NCBI GenBank assembly: GCA_963720505.1
Contig: CAVRFT010000002.1
Coordinates: 105,589 to 169,588, forward strand
DNA from: an uncultured Chloroflexia bacterium
Lineage (GTDB): Bacteria; Chloroflexota; Limnocylindria; QHBO01
Length of the DNA: 64,000 nucleotides
Reading direction: 5' to 3'
A program made the position numbers and the translations under genes. The notes beneath the pieces were generated by a model. That model saw only the letters and a list, made by a program, of their open reading frames with translations, was not told the DNA's origin and did not search any database. Positions 29,171 through 38,200 of the stretch are shown here, piece after piece; positions within the stretch are counted from its first letter, which is position 1, and each line of letters opens with the position of its first letter.

Positions 29171-29590
29171 GTGGATGGGACCTCGCTCATCGCCGTCGCT
29201 GCAAGCCTGCTCGGGGTGTGGCTGCTGCTCATCGCCGTGCTGTGGCTGCTCAGACCGCGCGACGTGCAGCTCGGGCAACTGGTCCGCGTTGTGCCCGATG
29301 TGCTGCGCCTAATCCGGCAGTTGCTCGGCGATTCGTCTACCCCGCTCGGGGTGCGACTGGCCTTGATCGGACTGCTGGCCTGGCTCCTCAACCCCATCGA
29401 CCTGATTCCCGAGTTCATCCCGGTGCTCGGTCCACTCGACGATGTGGTGGTGGCGGTGCTGGTCCTGCGCTACGTCCGCCGCCGCCTGGGTGACGAGGAA
29501 CTGCGCGAACGATGGCGTGGCACACCCGATGGCTACGCGCTGCTTAGCGGGATTCTCGGCTCAAACGGCCGTTCATCGAAGAACGGCTGA
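29171..29590 (+). CDS. DUF1232/YkvA family membrane protein, leaderless
   Basis: PIDLIPEFIPVLGPLDD; CACACT 6 nt before GTG. Confidence 0.92.
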   Translation: MDGTSLIAVAASLLGVWLLLIAVLWLLRPRDVQLGQLVRVVPDVLRLIRQLLGDSSTPLGVRLALIGLLAWLLNPIDLIPEFIPVLGPLDDVVVAVLVLRYVRRRLGDEELRERWRGTPDGYALLSGILGSNGRSSKNG

Positions 29591-29808
29591 CCCGTTGTCG
29601 GTCCTCTCCGCCCCTGCAGCCGGTCACTGACCCGCTGCAGGGCCAGGTATTCCCATCGGCCGACGCCACTCGCGTAATCGTCGAATGATGGGCCTCCGGC
29701 TACCGATACCCACACCTCGCCGAACCGCCATACCCCGAGGTTTGCCAGCCGAGGGGCAGCGATGCCTCAGCTTAGACCCAGGCTTGGGAGAGAGCTCCGA
29801 GGGGCCAT
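29591..29808 (-). pseudogene. Repeat B copy 5 (indels and stop)
   Basis: ..GALSQAWV*AEASLPLGWQ/LGVWRFGEVWVSVAGGPSFDDYASGVGRWEYLALQRVSDRLQGRRGPTTG; TACGAT 6 nt before ATG. Confidence 0.88.
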
Positions 29809-30156
29809 CCCTGGATCGTAGGGGCGTGGTCCGAACCTACTGGCTGGGCTGTGCAGCGCGCCGGGCCACCGCCACGCCAGCGCCAATCGTTGCCACCCAG
29901 ATCCCGTAGGCCAACCGAGGCGGGCGGACTCGCGCGGAGTGGATGCCACTCGCGCCGTTCAGGATCACGCATGGCGTCCCAGGCTGAAATCGACCCGATG
30001 GCAAGGCCTAACCCGATCACAACTGAGGATGCCGGGATGGTACCTGATGACAGGCGTTAGGCCGAAGCCGACCAGCGCGTACTGGGTGCGACCGCGCTAG
30101 CCATCTACCGCCTCCCCCAGTAACCGGAGCGGCGGCACCGACAAAGACCCGTCGCC

Positions 30157-30223
30157 TAGCCGGCGACCGAAGCGGCCCGCCATCCGAGGGACCAGACGGA
30201 AGACCAGCCAACGCGGCTGCCCT
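30157..30223 (+). repeat. Repeat A copy 18 (highly degenerate)
   Basis: tagccggcgaccgaagcggcccgccatccgagggaccagacgg..gccct. Confidence 0.55.
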
Positions 30224-30403
30224 AGCGCAGGTGAGGGGAGACCCTATTGAACCCGGCGCTAACACGCGTTGACTGGCCTCTGACCCGAAGGGTATTCGGC
30301 AGACCAAGATTGGGCAATGACTATGGGCCCCGCTGACCGGATTACCGATCGGGGGACTATTGGCCCGCGAACACACTCGATTTCGCAGGCCCGCCACTTG
30401 CGA

Positions 30404-31588
30404 ATGTGCAGGTTCGTGACATGGCAGCTGATCGAGCGGCCCTTGGTGGCCGCGGCATACGCAGTCAACCTGGCTGTGCGCGCTCGGCACGGCCTTCGCA
30501 GCCGCGGACGGCAGACTGGGACAGCGGAGGGCATCATCCGCTCGTGTATCGACGAGTGCTGGGATGGGACCCACTATCGAGCCAGCGCAGGGCATTTCCG
30601 GCAGTTCTGGACTCGGGACCTCAGTTTCAGCGCCCCGGCCCTGGCTCGCCTCAGTCCGGGGCATGCCGACCGCGTCATCCGATCCTATGAGTGGGCGATC
30701 CGCACTTGGCAGCGCCGCCGCAGCCATGTCACGACCACGATCCACTATTTCGATCAACCCGTCGACGTCTTCGACTTCGGCGTCGATTGCCTGCCGCTGA
30801 TGTTGGCCGCCCTGCGGCGGGTGGGGGCCGAGGATCTCCTTGAGGAGCACCGAGCGTGGCTGGAGGGCGAGGTGCGGCACTACGTGGATGAGGTGGTGGA
30901 CCCCCGCACCGGCATGGTGCGGGGTGACCGCAAGTACAGCGCCCACCGCGACACCATCGTCAACCGCTGCAACGCCTTTGGGAACAGCATGGTGGCCTTG
31001 CTGGCCATGACGGTCGCGGAACTGGGCTGGGAGCTACCCGAACGCTTGCGCCCGCTCGCGCTCGCCCCCCAGAGCATTCTGCTTGATCGCTTCTGGGATG
31101 CACGGGGCTTCTTCATCGACTCCATCGGCGATAACACGCCATCCGGCGAAGGCAATATCTGGCCCTTCTGGACGGGCGTGGTTACCGATGACGCCGTCCT
31201 GCGCACGGCCCTCCACGAGCTGGAGGCGCGAGGGTACGCGGACCCCTACCCGCTTAAATACGAGGTCGCCCGTCGACCGCAGCTCGAGCCGCTGTTCGTG
31301 CGAACGTTCATGCCTGACTACCAAGGCGCCACGGTGTGGACCTCACTGGGCTCGATGTACCTGCAGCTGCTCCACACGTGCGACCCGGCGTTGGCGCGCC
31401 CTGAGATCGTTCGCTACCGGACCTGGATCGAGCGGGATGGGACCTTCTGGGAGGTCATCGATGATGAGACCGGAGAGCGGTACCGCTCGACCTTCATGAC
31501 CCGCAGCGACGAGGGCATGCTGTGGTCCGCGATCTTCCTCGACCTACTTGAAAACCCCGATCTCCCGCCGGCCACCATGCGGCCGTAG
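30404..31588 (+). CDS. Six-hairpin glycosidase-like protein (start uncertain)
   Basis: HFRQFWTRD, YQGATVW, FWE motifs typical of (alpha/alpha)6 glycoside hydrolases. Confidence 0.7.
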   Translation: MCRFVTWQLIERPLVAAAYAVNLAVRARHGLRSRGRQTGTAEGIIRSCIDECWDGTHYRASAGHFRQFWTRDLSFSAPALARLSPGHADRVIRSYEWAIRTWQRRRSHVTTTIHYFDQPVDVFDFGVDCLPLMLAALRRVGAEDLLEEHRAWLEGEVRHYVDEVVDPRTGMVRGDRKYSAHRDTIVNRCNAFGNSMVALLAMTVAELGWELPERLRPLALAPQSILLDRFWDARGFFIDSIGDNTPSGEGNIWPFWTGVVTDDAVLRTALHELEARGYADPYPLKYEVARRPQLEPLFVRTFMPDYQGATVWTSLGSMYLQLLHTCDPALARPEIVRYRTWIERDGTFWEVIDDETGERYRSTFMTRSDEGMLWSAIFLDLLENPDLPPATMRP

Positions 31589-31685
31589 CCCTCACACCCG
31601 CTGCCAGGTGTCGCCGCCGTTCGCGCCAGAGGAGCACGATGGTCGCCATCGCCATGATGGCGGTGAGTAGTAGGTTCCGCGCGCA

Positions 31686-31752
31686 TTAGCCGCTCGCCGG
31701 TCCTCGCCGCTCCCGCAGCCGGTCGCTGAGCCGCTGCAGGGCCAGGTATTCC
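31686..31752 (-). pseudogene. Repeat B copy 6 (3' remnant 46 bp downstream of the tRNA)
   Basis: EYLALQRLSDRLRERRGPASG*; TAATG overlap with a decayed signal-peptide-like start. Confidence 0.85.
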
Positions 31753-31798
31753 TGCGGCCCCTGTTAAGGCGGTCTAGTTCGTGCTCAGAAAGGGTGTT

Positions 31799-31875
31799 TG
31801 GTGGGCGACACTGGACTCGAACCAGTGACCTCTTGCATGTCAAGCAAGTGCTCTAACCAGCTGAGCTAGCCGCCC
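31799..31875 (-). tRNA. tRNA-Val(GAC)
   Basis: GGGCGGCTAGCTCAGCTGGTTAGAGCACTTGCTTGACATGCAAGAGGTCACTGGTTCGAGTCCAGTGTCGCCCACCA; full cloverleaf, encoded CCA. Confidence 0.98.
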
Positions 31876-31889
31876 GACGGCAGGCGCGC

Positions 31890-31898
31890 AGCCTACCA
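31890..31898 (-). promoter_or_regulatory. Extended -10 (TGgTAGGCT) for the tRNA
   Basis: TGn-TANNNT 14 nt upstream of the mature tRNA. Confidence 0.6.
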
Positions 31899-31968
31899 CG
31901 GCACCCGACGACCTGCGAGCCCCGCTCCCTCCTTGCGTCGCAGACCGAAGCGGCGGACGCAGGCAGCC

Positions 31969-33372
31969 TCAGCGCGGATTCGCGGGCGCCACATTCGGGT
32001 TCACGTGGAAGACATTGTCGGGGTCCCAGGTCCGTTTCAGCGATGAGAGGCGGGTGAGCTTTTCGTCGCCGTAGAACCGGCGGGTCTCTTCCGGGCCGGC
32101 GTCGCTGTTGCCGTTCGGGTATGCGCCGATCGTCCGATCCGGCTCGACGACGGCCATCGCCCGGCGGCACCAGCCAATGACCGTCTCATCCTCGGCTGGA
32201 TCGGACCAGTTCGCGTCGGCGCTCAGGTCGAACGCCGCGGCTCGACCCGCATACGCGGTCGCGTCCTCGGGCACGCGCGCGATGGCCCCGCCGAGGGCTG
32301 TGACCGAGAAGGTCCCCTCCCCAGGCGCCGTTGCGATGAGCTCGACCAGCTCCTCGAGCGCCTCCGGTCGGACGTCGTCCGCGTTGTGGCTCTTGATGTA
32401 CGAGCGGCTGCCCCACTGGTACGCGAGGTCGTGGGCGGTCTGGACCTCGAGATACGGCGAGCTGCCGATCGTGGTGGTCAGGGGCGTCGGGCCTTGCCGC
32501 AGCGCGGCCGTGTCGCGTTCGACATCCTCGATCGCACCACTGTGGTTCCACGCGAAGTAGGCGATCGGCTTGCCGATCATGTCGTCGGCATAGCCGCCGT
32601 CAGGCGCCGCTCGATCGAACCCGAAGATCGCCGACACCGCTTCAGGTGCGCTAAGGGCGTACTCACGGAAGATGTCCCACAGCTCGCGGACCCGGGTCGC
32701 CGCGAAGGTCAGGACGCCTCGATGGAGGTCCGGCCCGAACGGCTGGAGTCGGAACTCGAACGCAGTCGCGATCCCGAAGTTCCAGCCCGCGCCGCGGAGG
32801 CCCCAGAAGAGATCCGGCTCCTCGGTCTCGCTCGCGCGAACGAGTCGACCATCGGCCGTCACGATCTCGACAGCGGCCAAGTTGTCGATCGTCAGCCCGA
32901 AGTGGCGCTGGAGACGGCCAATTCCCCCACCGAGCGTCAGCCCAGCGACGCCGGTATGGCCGACGACGCCAACCGGGCAGACCAGCCCGTGGGCCTGGGC
33001 CGCGACATCGAGCTCGCCCAGGAAGGCACCCCCGTTCGCTCGGGCGGTCCGCGTCCGGGGGTCGACCTCGACGCCGCGCATCGCCGACATATCGATCAGG
33101 AGCCCGTCATCCGGGCCGCGGAGGCCGGCTGCGCTGTGGCCGCCGGACTGGACCGCGATCACCAGGTCGTGGTCTCGCGCGAATCGGACTGCCGCGGCGA
33201 CTTTCTCGGCGGTCGACGGCCGAACGATGGCCGCCGGCCGCCGATCGTGGATCGCGTTCCACAGGCGGCGCGCCGCGTCGTAGGTCGCGTCGTCGGCGGT
33301 GATCACCTCGCCGCAGGCTCGGCGCAGTTGATCGAGATCGTGGGCCGCAAGCCCCACTGTGGCGTCAACCAT
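31969..33372 (-). CDS. FAD-binding oxidoreductase (BBE-like)
   Basis: SGGHS, GVAGLTLGGGIG, DLFWGLRGAG, KRTWDPDNVF. Confidence 0.95.
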   Translation of the reverse strand: MVDATVGLAAHDLDQLRRACGEVITADDATYDAARRLWNAIHDRRPAAIVRPSTAEKVAAAVRFARDHDLVIAVQSGGHSAAGLRGPDDGLLIDMSAMRGVEVDPRTRTARANGGAFLGELDVAAQAHGLVCPVGVVGHTGVAGLTLGGGIGRLQRHFGLTIDNLAAVEIVTADGRLVRASETEEPDLFWGLRGAGWNFGIATAFEFRLQPFGPDLHRGVLTFAATRVRELWDIFREYALSAPEAVSAIFGFDRAAPDGGYADDMIGKPIAYFAWNHSGAIEDVERDTAALRQGPTPLTTTIGSSPYLEVQTAHDLAYQWGSRSYIKSHNADDVRPEALEELVELIATAPGEGTFSVTALGGAIARVPEDATAYAGRAAAFDLSADANWSDPAEDETVIGWCRRAMAVVEPDRTIGAYPNGNSDAGPEETRRFYGDEKLTRLSSLKRTWDPDNVFHVNPNVAPANPR

Positions 33373-33440
33373 GGGTTCCTCCCTTGGCGATCAACGGTGG
33401 ACAGGCCCTCCGACCACCATCCGGCTCGGACCCTGACGGT

Positions 33441-34025
33441 TCAGGCCGTGGAAACCACGGGCTGCGCCAGCGCCGCCGGCGGGCACCGTCGCGTCTCTCC
33501 GGACAGCAGCCAGCGACGAACAGTCGGGTTCATCGACTCGCCCAGCGGCCGATCCAGCCCGAAGTAGTTCCCCGCGCCGATGTAGCCGATGAACGCCGTG
33601 ACCAGCGCGTAGGTCAAGTGCTGGTTCACGATGCCGAATTCGAAGTCCCAGGCGGCCACGAAGAAGAACAGCATCATCAAGGTGCCCATGGCCGCGCCGA
33701 ATCGGGTGAACAGGCCAAGGATTAGGCTGACCCCGATGCCAAGCTGGCCGAACGGCACCAGGAAGTTGATCACTCTCATGGCCGAATCGTTCTCGGACAG
33801 CGTCACCCAGAAATCGTGGGTCGGGTTGTAGATCGTGCCCTCGGCCGGCGTCCCGGTGACGAACGGCCAGCCCAAGGTGCCCATCGTTCCGAACTGCAGG
33901 AAGCCCGCCGCGTCAAAGGGCTCGGGCGCCATGAGCTTCTCCAGACCCGCCCATAGGAATATGACGCCGACCGCGATACGCAGGAGTGCGATCGCGATCT
34001 CCAGCCATCGGTCCAGTACAACCAT
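33441..34025 (-). CDS. DoxX/DoxD family membrane protein
   Basis: LRIAVGVIFLWAGLEKL..LILGLFTR; GGAGG RBS. Confidence 0.85.
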   Translation of the reverse strand: MVVLDRWLEIAIALLRIAVGVIFLWAGLEKLMAPEPFDAAGFLQFGTMGTLGWPFVTGTPAEGTIYNPTHDFWVTLSENDSAMRVINFLVPFGQLGIGVSLILGLFTRFGAAMGTLMMLFFFVAAWDFEFGIVNQHLTYALVTAFIGYIGAGNYFGLDRPLGESMNPTVRRWLLSGETRRCPPAALAQPVVSTA

Positions 34026-34096
34026 GCCCGGGTTCCTCCGTTGCTCGGTTCCTCCGTTGCTCCCCGCGCGACCAGCGTACGCCCGGGACGCCAGCG

Positions 34097-34766
34097 TCAA
34101 CCGCCCGCGATCGCGTCCATCGACTGAATCAACGTCTCGCGATCGATCTCGCCGGTCACACGCTGCGTCACCTGACCCTGCGCGTTGACGAAGACGAAGC
34201 CCGGGAAGGCCGTCAGGCCGAGCGTGTGCAGGCCCTCGGAATTGGCATCGTCGATCAGGGTTGGCTGCTGCCACCCTTCCCGTTCGAACCAGGCCGATGG
34301 CGGATAGTTGCCGCGCAGCTCATTGATCGCGGTCGACAGGCCCACGACCGAGACGCCGTCGGGGACATCGCCGGAATTGATCATGTCGACCAGCATCGGC
34401 AGCTCGCGCTGGCAGTGCGGGCACCAATGGGCCAGCGCCACGATCATCTGGGCACCACCCGCCGGACCGATCTCCATCGGCTCGCCATCCAGGCCAGTCC
34501 CCGCCAGGGTCGGCAACGTCATGCCAACGGCCGGATCAGGCCCCTCCGCCGTCAGGTCGGGCAGCGGCTCGCCGGTGATGACGAGCGGTTGCTCCGCCGG
34601 CTCCGGGGGTCCACCTGACGAGCCAAGCGCCAGGACGGCGATCACCGCGGCAAGGACCACCACCCCGATCGGCGCCGCCGATGAGGATCCAACGGGTGCG
34701 GCTCGACTGGGCCGCCGGCTGGGCGCTGCGGCGCGGCATCCCGCGCGATCGGTTTGACTTGGTCAT
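34097..34766 (-). CDS. TlpA-like membrane-anchored thioredoxin (frameshift near 34670)
   Basis: AHWCPHCQRE, cis-Pro loop AFP. Confidence 0.9.
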
Positions 34767-35305
34767 TCGTCAGCGGTCTCCGGGGCGGAGTTGAAGTTCG
34801 GCGCGAACGCGAACAGCACGGTCAGGATGGCGGCAAAGGCCACCAGTGCCATGAACGGGATGGTCACGAATCCAAAGCGCTCGAGGTCGATCGCCGAGCA
34901 GGGGGCGGTGAGCGAGCAGCCGGTGCTCGGCAAGCTCGGCACCCGCTGCAGCACGACGTGGTAGGCGGCGATGACGGCACCGATCGCCGCCAGCGGCGCC
35001 ACATACCGTCGAACGCCCCAGTCGCCGCGCCAGGCGGCGATGCCCAGGATCAGCGCCAGCGGATACATCGCAATGCGCTGATACCAGCACAACGTGCACG
35101 GTTCGAGTCCGGCCACGTTCGAGAAATAGAGGCTGCCCGCAGTGGCGGTGAGTGCGACAGCGAATGCCAGCCACAGGGCGCCGGACGCCAGCGCGCTCCG
35201 GATCGGCTCCAGGCGACCGATGACGGCCAGCACGACAACCGCAACGATGCCCGCGGCCGTGACCAGGGTCAACACCGCCAGGAAGGTGGCAACGGCAAGC
35301 GTCAT
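34763..35305 (-). CDS. Disulfide bond formation protein B (DsbB/BdbC family)
   Basis: GSLYFS..PCTLCWYQRIAMYP..FVTIPFMAL. Confidence 0.92.
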   Translation of the reverse strand: MTLAVATFLAVLTLVTAAGIVAVVVLAVIGRLEPIRSALASGALWLAFAVALTATAGSLYFSNVAGLEPCTLCWYQRIAMYPLALILGIAAWRGDWGVRRYVAPLAAIGAVIAAYHVVLQRVPSLPSTGCSLTAPCSAIDLERFGFVTIPFMALVAFAAILTVLFAFAPNFNSAPETADE

Positions 35306-35469
35306 GGCGCCAGAGCGTCGGTCCCCATTGGCGGGCAGCCTAACCCTTTGCCAAGCCGGTCCGTCGCAGTGCTTCGGAGTCTTAACACGAGCTTGAGGTG
35401 CCTTTGTTGACGGAACTCCGGACGGCGGTACAGTAGAAGTCGATCCCGAGGGGCAGTTCCCGGGCAGAA

Positions 35470-37722
35470 ATGACAGCTGACTCCCACCTGCGGGACCGCG
35501 CCGCCGTGCGACGTGGTGCCAACGAGCTCCAATTTGCGTCCCCGCGCCTTCCTGAGCCGTTCGTTGACCGACCACGACTCCGGCAGCGTCTCGCTGAGTC
35601 TCAACTAGGCGCACTGGTGCTCGTCAGCGCGCCCGTTGGCTACGGCAAGACCGCCGTGGTGGCCGACTGGCTGGCACGCCCGCCCCGGGCGCGGCCTCGG
35701 ATCTGGATCACGCTGCGGGCGGGAGAAGATGCACGCGGCTTCTGGTCGCGCCTGATCGATGGCTTCCGCACGGTCGACCGTGGCTTTCGCGCGGACGACT
35801 ACCTGGCCGCGATCGCGGCATCCGATGACCGGCTGAGCGGCACCGTCCGCGGTTTCCTGGATACGATCGCCCGTCGTCAGCCCGCGGTCACGATCGTGCT
35901 CGACGAGTACCACGACGTTCACGACGAAGCGGGCTGCTGCGAGCCACTCCGGGCGCTGGTCGAGGATCTGCCGATCTCGGTGCAGCTCGTCGTGATCAGC
36001 CGCGGCGAGCCAATGCTGCAGCTCCCCCGCCTCCGAGTTCAGGGCCGGCTGATGGAATTGCGGGCGGAGGAGCTGGCGTTTACTCGAGAAGAAACCGCGG
36101 TGCTTCTGGCAGCCCACCTTGGACGCACCGCCCTCCGCGCCAGCTCGATCAACGTGCTCCATGACCGCGCCGAGGGGTGGCCCGCCGCGGTCTCCTTGGC
36201 CGCACAGGCCATGAGCCGCCTTGAGAGTCCGGATGCCTACGCTCGCGCATTTGCGGGCGACCTGCGGGAGATCAGCGACTACCTCTCCAGTGAACTGCTC
36301 GATCGACTCAGTCCGGCGGATCGCCAGCTGCTGCGTGACTGTGCCATCGCCGAGGAGATTTCCGGACCGCTGATCGAGGCGATTACCGGGCGAAGCGACG
36401 CCGCCGATGCGTTGGGCGCGTTGCGACGAGCGAACCGCTTCGTGGTGGCGATGGACGGCCGCGGGCAGTGGTTCCGCCTCCATCGGCTCTTTCGACAGAC
36501 GTTGCTCAGCGAGCTGCGGACGACGCAGCCCACGCGCGAGGCCGAGCTCCATCGGCGAGCCAGCGACTGGTACCTCCAGGAAGGACGCATCGACGACGCG
36601 ATCAATCACGCGGTGCGCTCGAACGCGCGTGATCGGGCCGCCGACCTGATCGTCGCCAACTGGGTGCGGTATGTCGCACGCTGGCAGGTCGGCCCGGTCG
36701 CCGGATGGCTGGCGCAGCTCCCCGACGAGATGATCCGGGCGGACCGGCGACTGAGTTTCGTTGCGGCAACGATCGCGCTGATCGACGGCGACGGCCCTCG
36801 ATTCGGCGAACACTTGAGCGTGCTCAATCTGAGTGAGGCCTACGACGGGCAGCCGCCGGGCGACGTCCTGGCCGCCTTCGCTCCGTTCTATGGCATCGAG
36901 GCGATGCGGGCTGCCGCCGGGCGCGCTGTCGCCAAACTCGCCGGGAGCACAGATCAGTACTGGCTCTGGAACGCCCAGAGTGCTCAGGCACGTGCGCTGT
37001 ACCTGGCCGGCGAGCCCGAAGCCGCCCTGGCGGCCATGGCGGTACCGATGAATGAGCTCACCCTCAGCCGCTACCCGGCTCTCTTGGCGTGGGCGATGGG
37101 CTGGGCGGCTTTGATCTCGGACGCCTGTGAGGAGCACGAGCAGGCGCGCCGACTGCTCGTGCGCGCCAAGGAGGCCCTGGCCACCGCCCGCCTCCATCAT
37201 GTGGCTCGGATGGGGATCGTCGAGGTGGTGGAGGGCCGAATGCTGGCGCGCAGCGGCAGCCTGGCCGAGGGAAGGACGCACCTGGAACAGGGCCTGCAGT
37301 TCGCGGAGTCGACCCACGATCCGCTGGATCAAGCGGTGGCGCTCCTGGAGCTGGTGCCGGTACTGGTGGCTATGGGCGAGCACGCGGCCAGTCGGGCGCG
37401 CATGGCGGAAGCGGCGGACGCGCTGGCGCGCATCCCGGACGCTGACTGGCTCCAGGAGAGCGTGGCCAGCCTCCGCCACCGGCTCCGTCTGCGCCTTGGG
37501 CCCCGCGATCATCTGCCGGAGCCGCTCAGCGATCGAGAGCTGAGCGTGCTGCGGCTGCTCGGTGGCTCCCTCTCGCAGCCCGAGATCGCGGCCGAGCTGG
37601 GGATCTCGGCCCACACCGTCAAGAGCCACGCTCGCGCCATCTACCGCAAGCTGGGCGTCTCCACTCGTGACGAGGCATTAGAGGAGGCGCGTTCGCTGGA
37701 GTTGCTGCGCCCCGCGCGCTGA
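35470..37722 (+). CDS. MalT-like (LAL) ATP-dependent LuxR regulator
   Basis: APVGYGKT Walker A, VLDEYH, EGWPAA, C-terminal LSDRE..TVKSH..IYRKLG HTH. Confidence 0.93.
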   Translation: MTADSHLRDRAAVRRGANELQFASPRLPEPFVDRPRLRQRLAESQLGALVLVSAPVGYGKTAVVADWLARPPRARPRIWITLRAGEDARGFWSRLIDGFRTVDRGFRADDYLAAIAASDDRLSGTVRGFLDTIARRQPAVTIVLDEYHDVHDEAGCCEPLRALVEDLPISVQLVVISRGEPMLQLPRLRVQGRLMELRAEELAFTREETAVLLAAHLGRTALRASSINVLHDRAEGWPAAVSLAAQAMSRLESPDAYARAFAGDLREISDYLSSELLDRLSPADRQLLRDCAIAEEISGPLIEAITGRSDAADALGALRRANRFVVAMDGRGQWFRLHRLFRQTLLSELRTTQPTREAELHRRASDWYLQEGRIDDAINHAVRSNARDRAADLIVANWVRYVARWQVGPVAGWLAQLPDEMIRADRRLSFVAATIALIDGDGPRFGEHLSVLNLSEAYDGQPPGDVLAAFAPFYGIEAMRAAAGRAVAKLAGSTDQYWLWNAQSAQARALYLAGEPEAALAAMAVPMNELTLSRYPALLAWAMGWAALISDACEEHEQARRLLVRAKEALATARLHHVARMGIVEVVEGRMLARSGSLAEGRTHLEQGLQFAESTHDPLDQAVALLELVPVLVAMGEHAASRARMAEAADALARIPDADWLQESVASLRHRLRLRLGPRDHLPEPLSDRELSVLRLLGGSLSQPEIAAELGISAHTVKSHARAIYRKLGVSTRDEALEEARSLELLRPAR

Positions 37723-37730
37723 GCGGCGGC

Positions 37731-37748
37731 TCATCCTGCGGGGGATGG
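37731..37748. promoter_or_regulatory. Inverted repeat TCATCC-N6-GGATGG, candidate operator
   Basis: Palindromic half-sites between the regulator and the next operon. Confidence 0.4.
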
Positions 37749-37784
37749 CACGTCATCGCGCGGCCCGACAAGGTGAGCATCGTG

Positions 37785-38186
37785 ATGACCACTCGAACCG
37801 GGTGGCAGTCGACTTCCGGCGGAGCCAGTCCCTCACCGGCCGCCTTCCTGCGGGCGGTGGCACGCGCCGAGGTATCGGTGCTCACCTACACACCCGCCAT
37901 GGCCGAGATCGCTTCGACCTCAGGCCTCGACGAGCGGTCGCACGCCCTGTCGAAACTTGCCGCCACCATCGGCACCGGCGCTCCGACTGCGGTCTACGTG
38001 TGGCAGGTGAACGCGGCACTGAAGGCGGGGGTCACCGTCGAGGAGCTCATCGGCGTGCTGGCGGCTGTTTCGCCGCTGGTGGGCGCGTCACGGACCGTGG
38101 CTGCGGCCGGGCATCTTGCCTTCGCGCTGGGACTCGACACCAGCCCAAGCGACAGCGAAACTGACGCCGGAGGGGACTTCGGCTAG
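37785..38186 (+). CDS. Carboxymuconolactone decarboxylase-like protein
   Basis: SGLDERSHAL..ALKAGVTVEEL..PLVGASR. Confidence 0.8.
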   Translation: MTTRTGWQSTSGGASPSPAAFLRAVARAEVSVLTYTPAMAEIASTSGLDERSHALSKLAATIGTGAPTAVYVWQVNAALKAGVTVEELIGVLAAVSPLVGASRTVAAAGHLAFALGLDTSPSDSETDAGGDFG

Positions 38187-38200
38187 GAGGATCACGCACT

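Larger units (their letters stand above)
8351..31843. mobile_element. Genomic island/cassette array at tRNA-Val, no integrase visible
   Basis: Bounded by 45-bp direct repeats of the tRNA 3' half; mosaic of small genes with repeats A and B, which I did not notice outside it. Confidence 0.85.

Noticed and set aside
8650-30223. Repeat A as a CRISPR array
   Set aside because: Repeats are about 68 bp, degenerate, and separated by 0.4-4.5 kb of genes; no cas genes.
8650-30223. Repeat A as canonical attC, intrinsic terminator or HDV-like ribozyme
   Set aside because: No RYYYAAC/GTTRRRY cores and no U-tract on either side. The two ends pair with each other, which does not fit the HDV nested pseudoknot despite the GGCCGGC start.
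8396-31798. Prophage or ICE interpretation of the island
   Set aside because: No recognisable integrase, structural, replication or conjugation genes. Origin from decayed element ends cannot be excluded.
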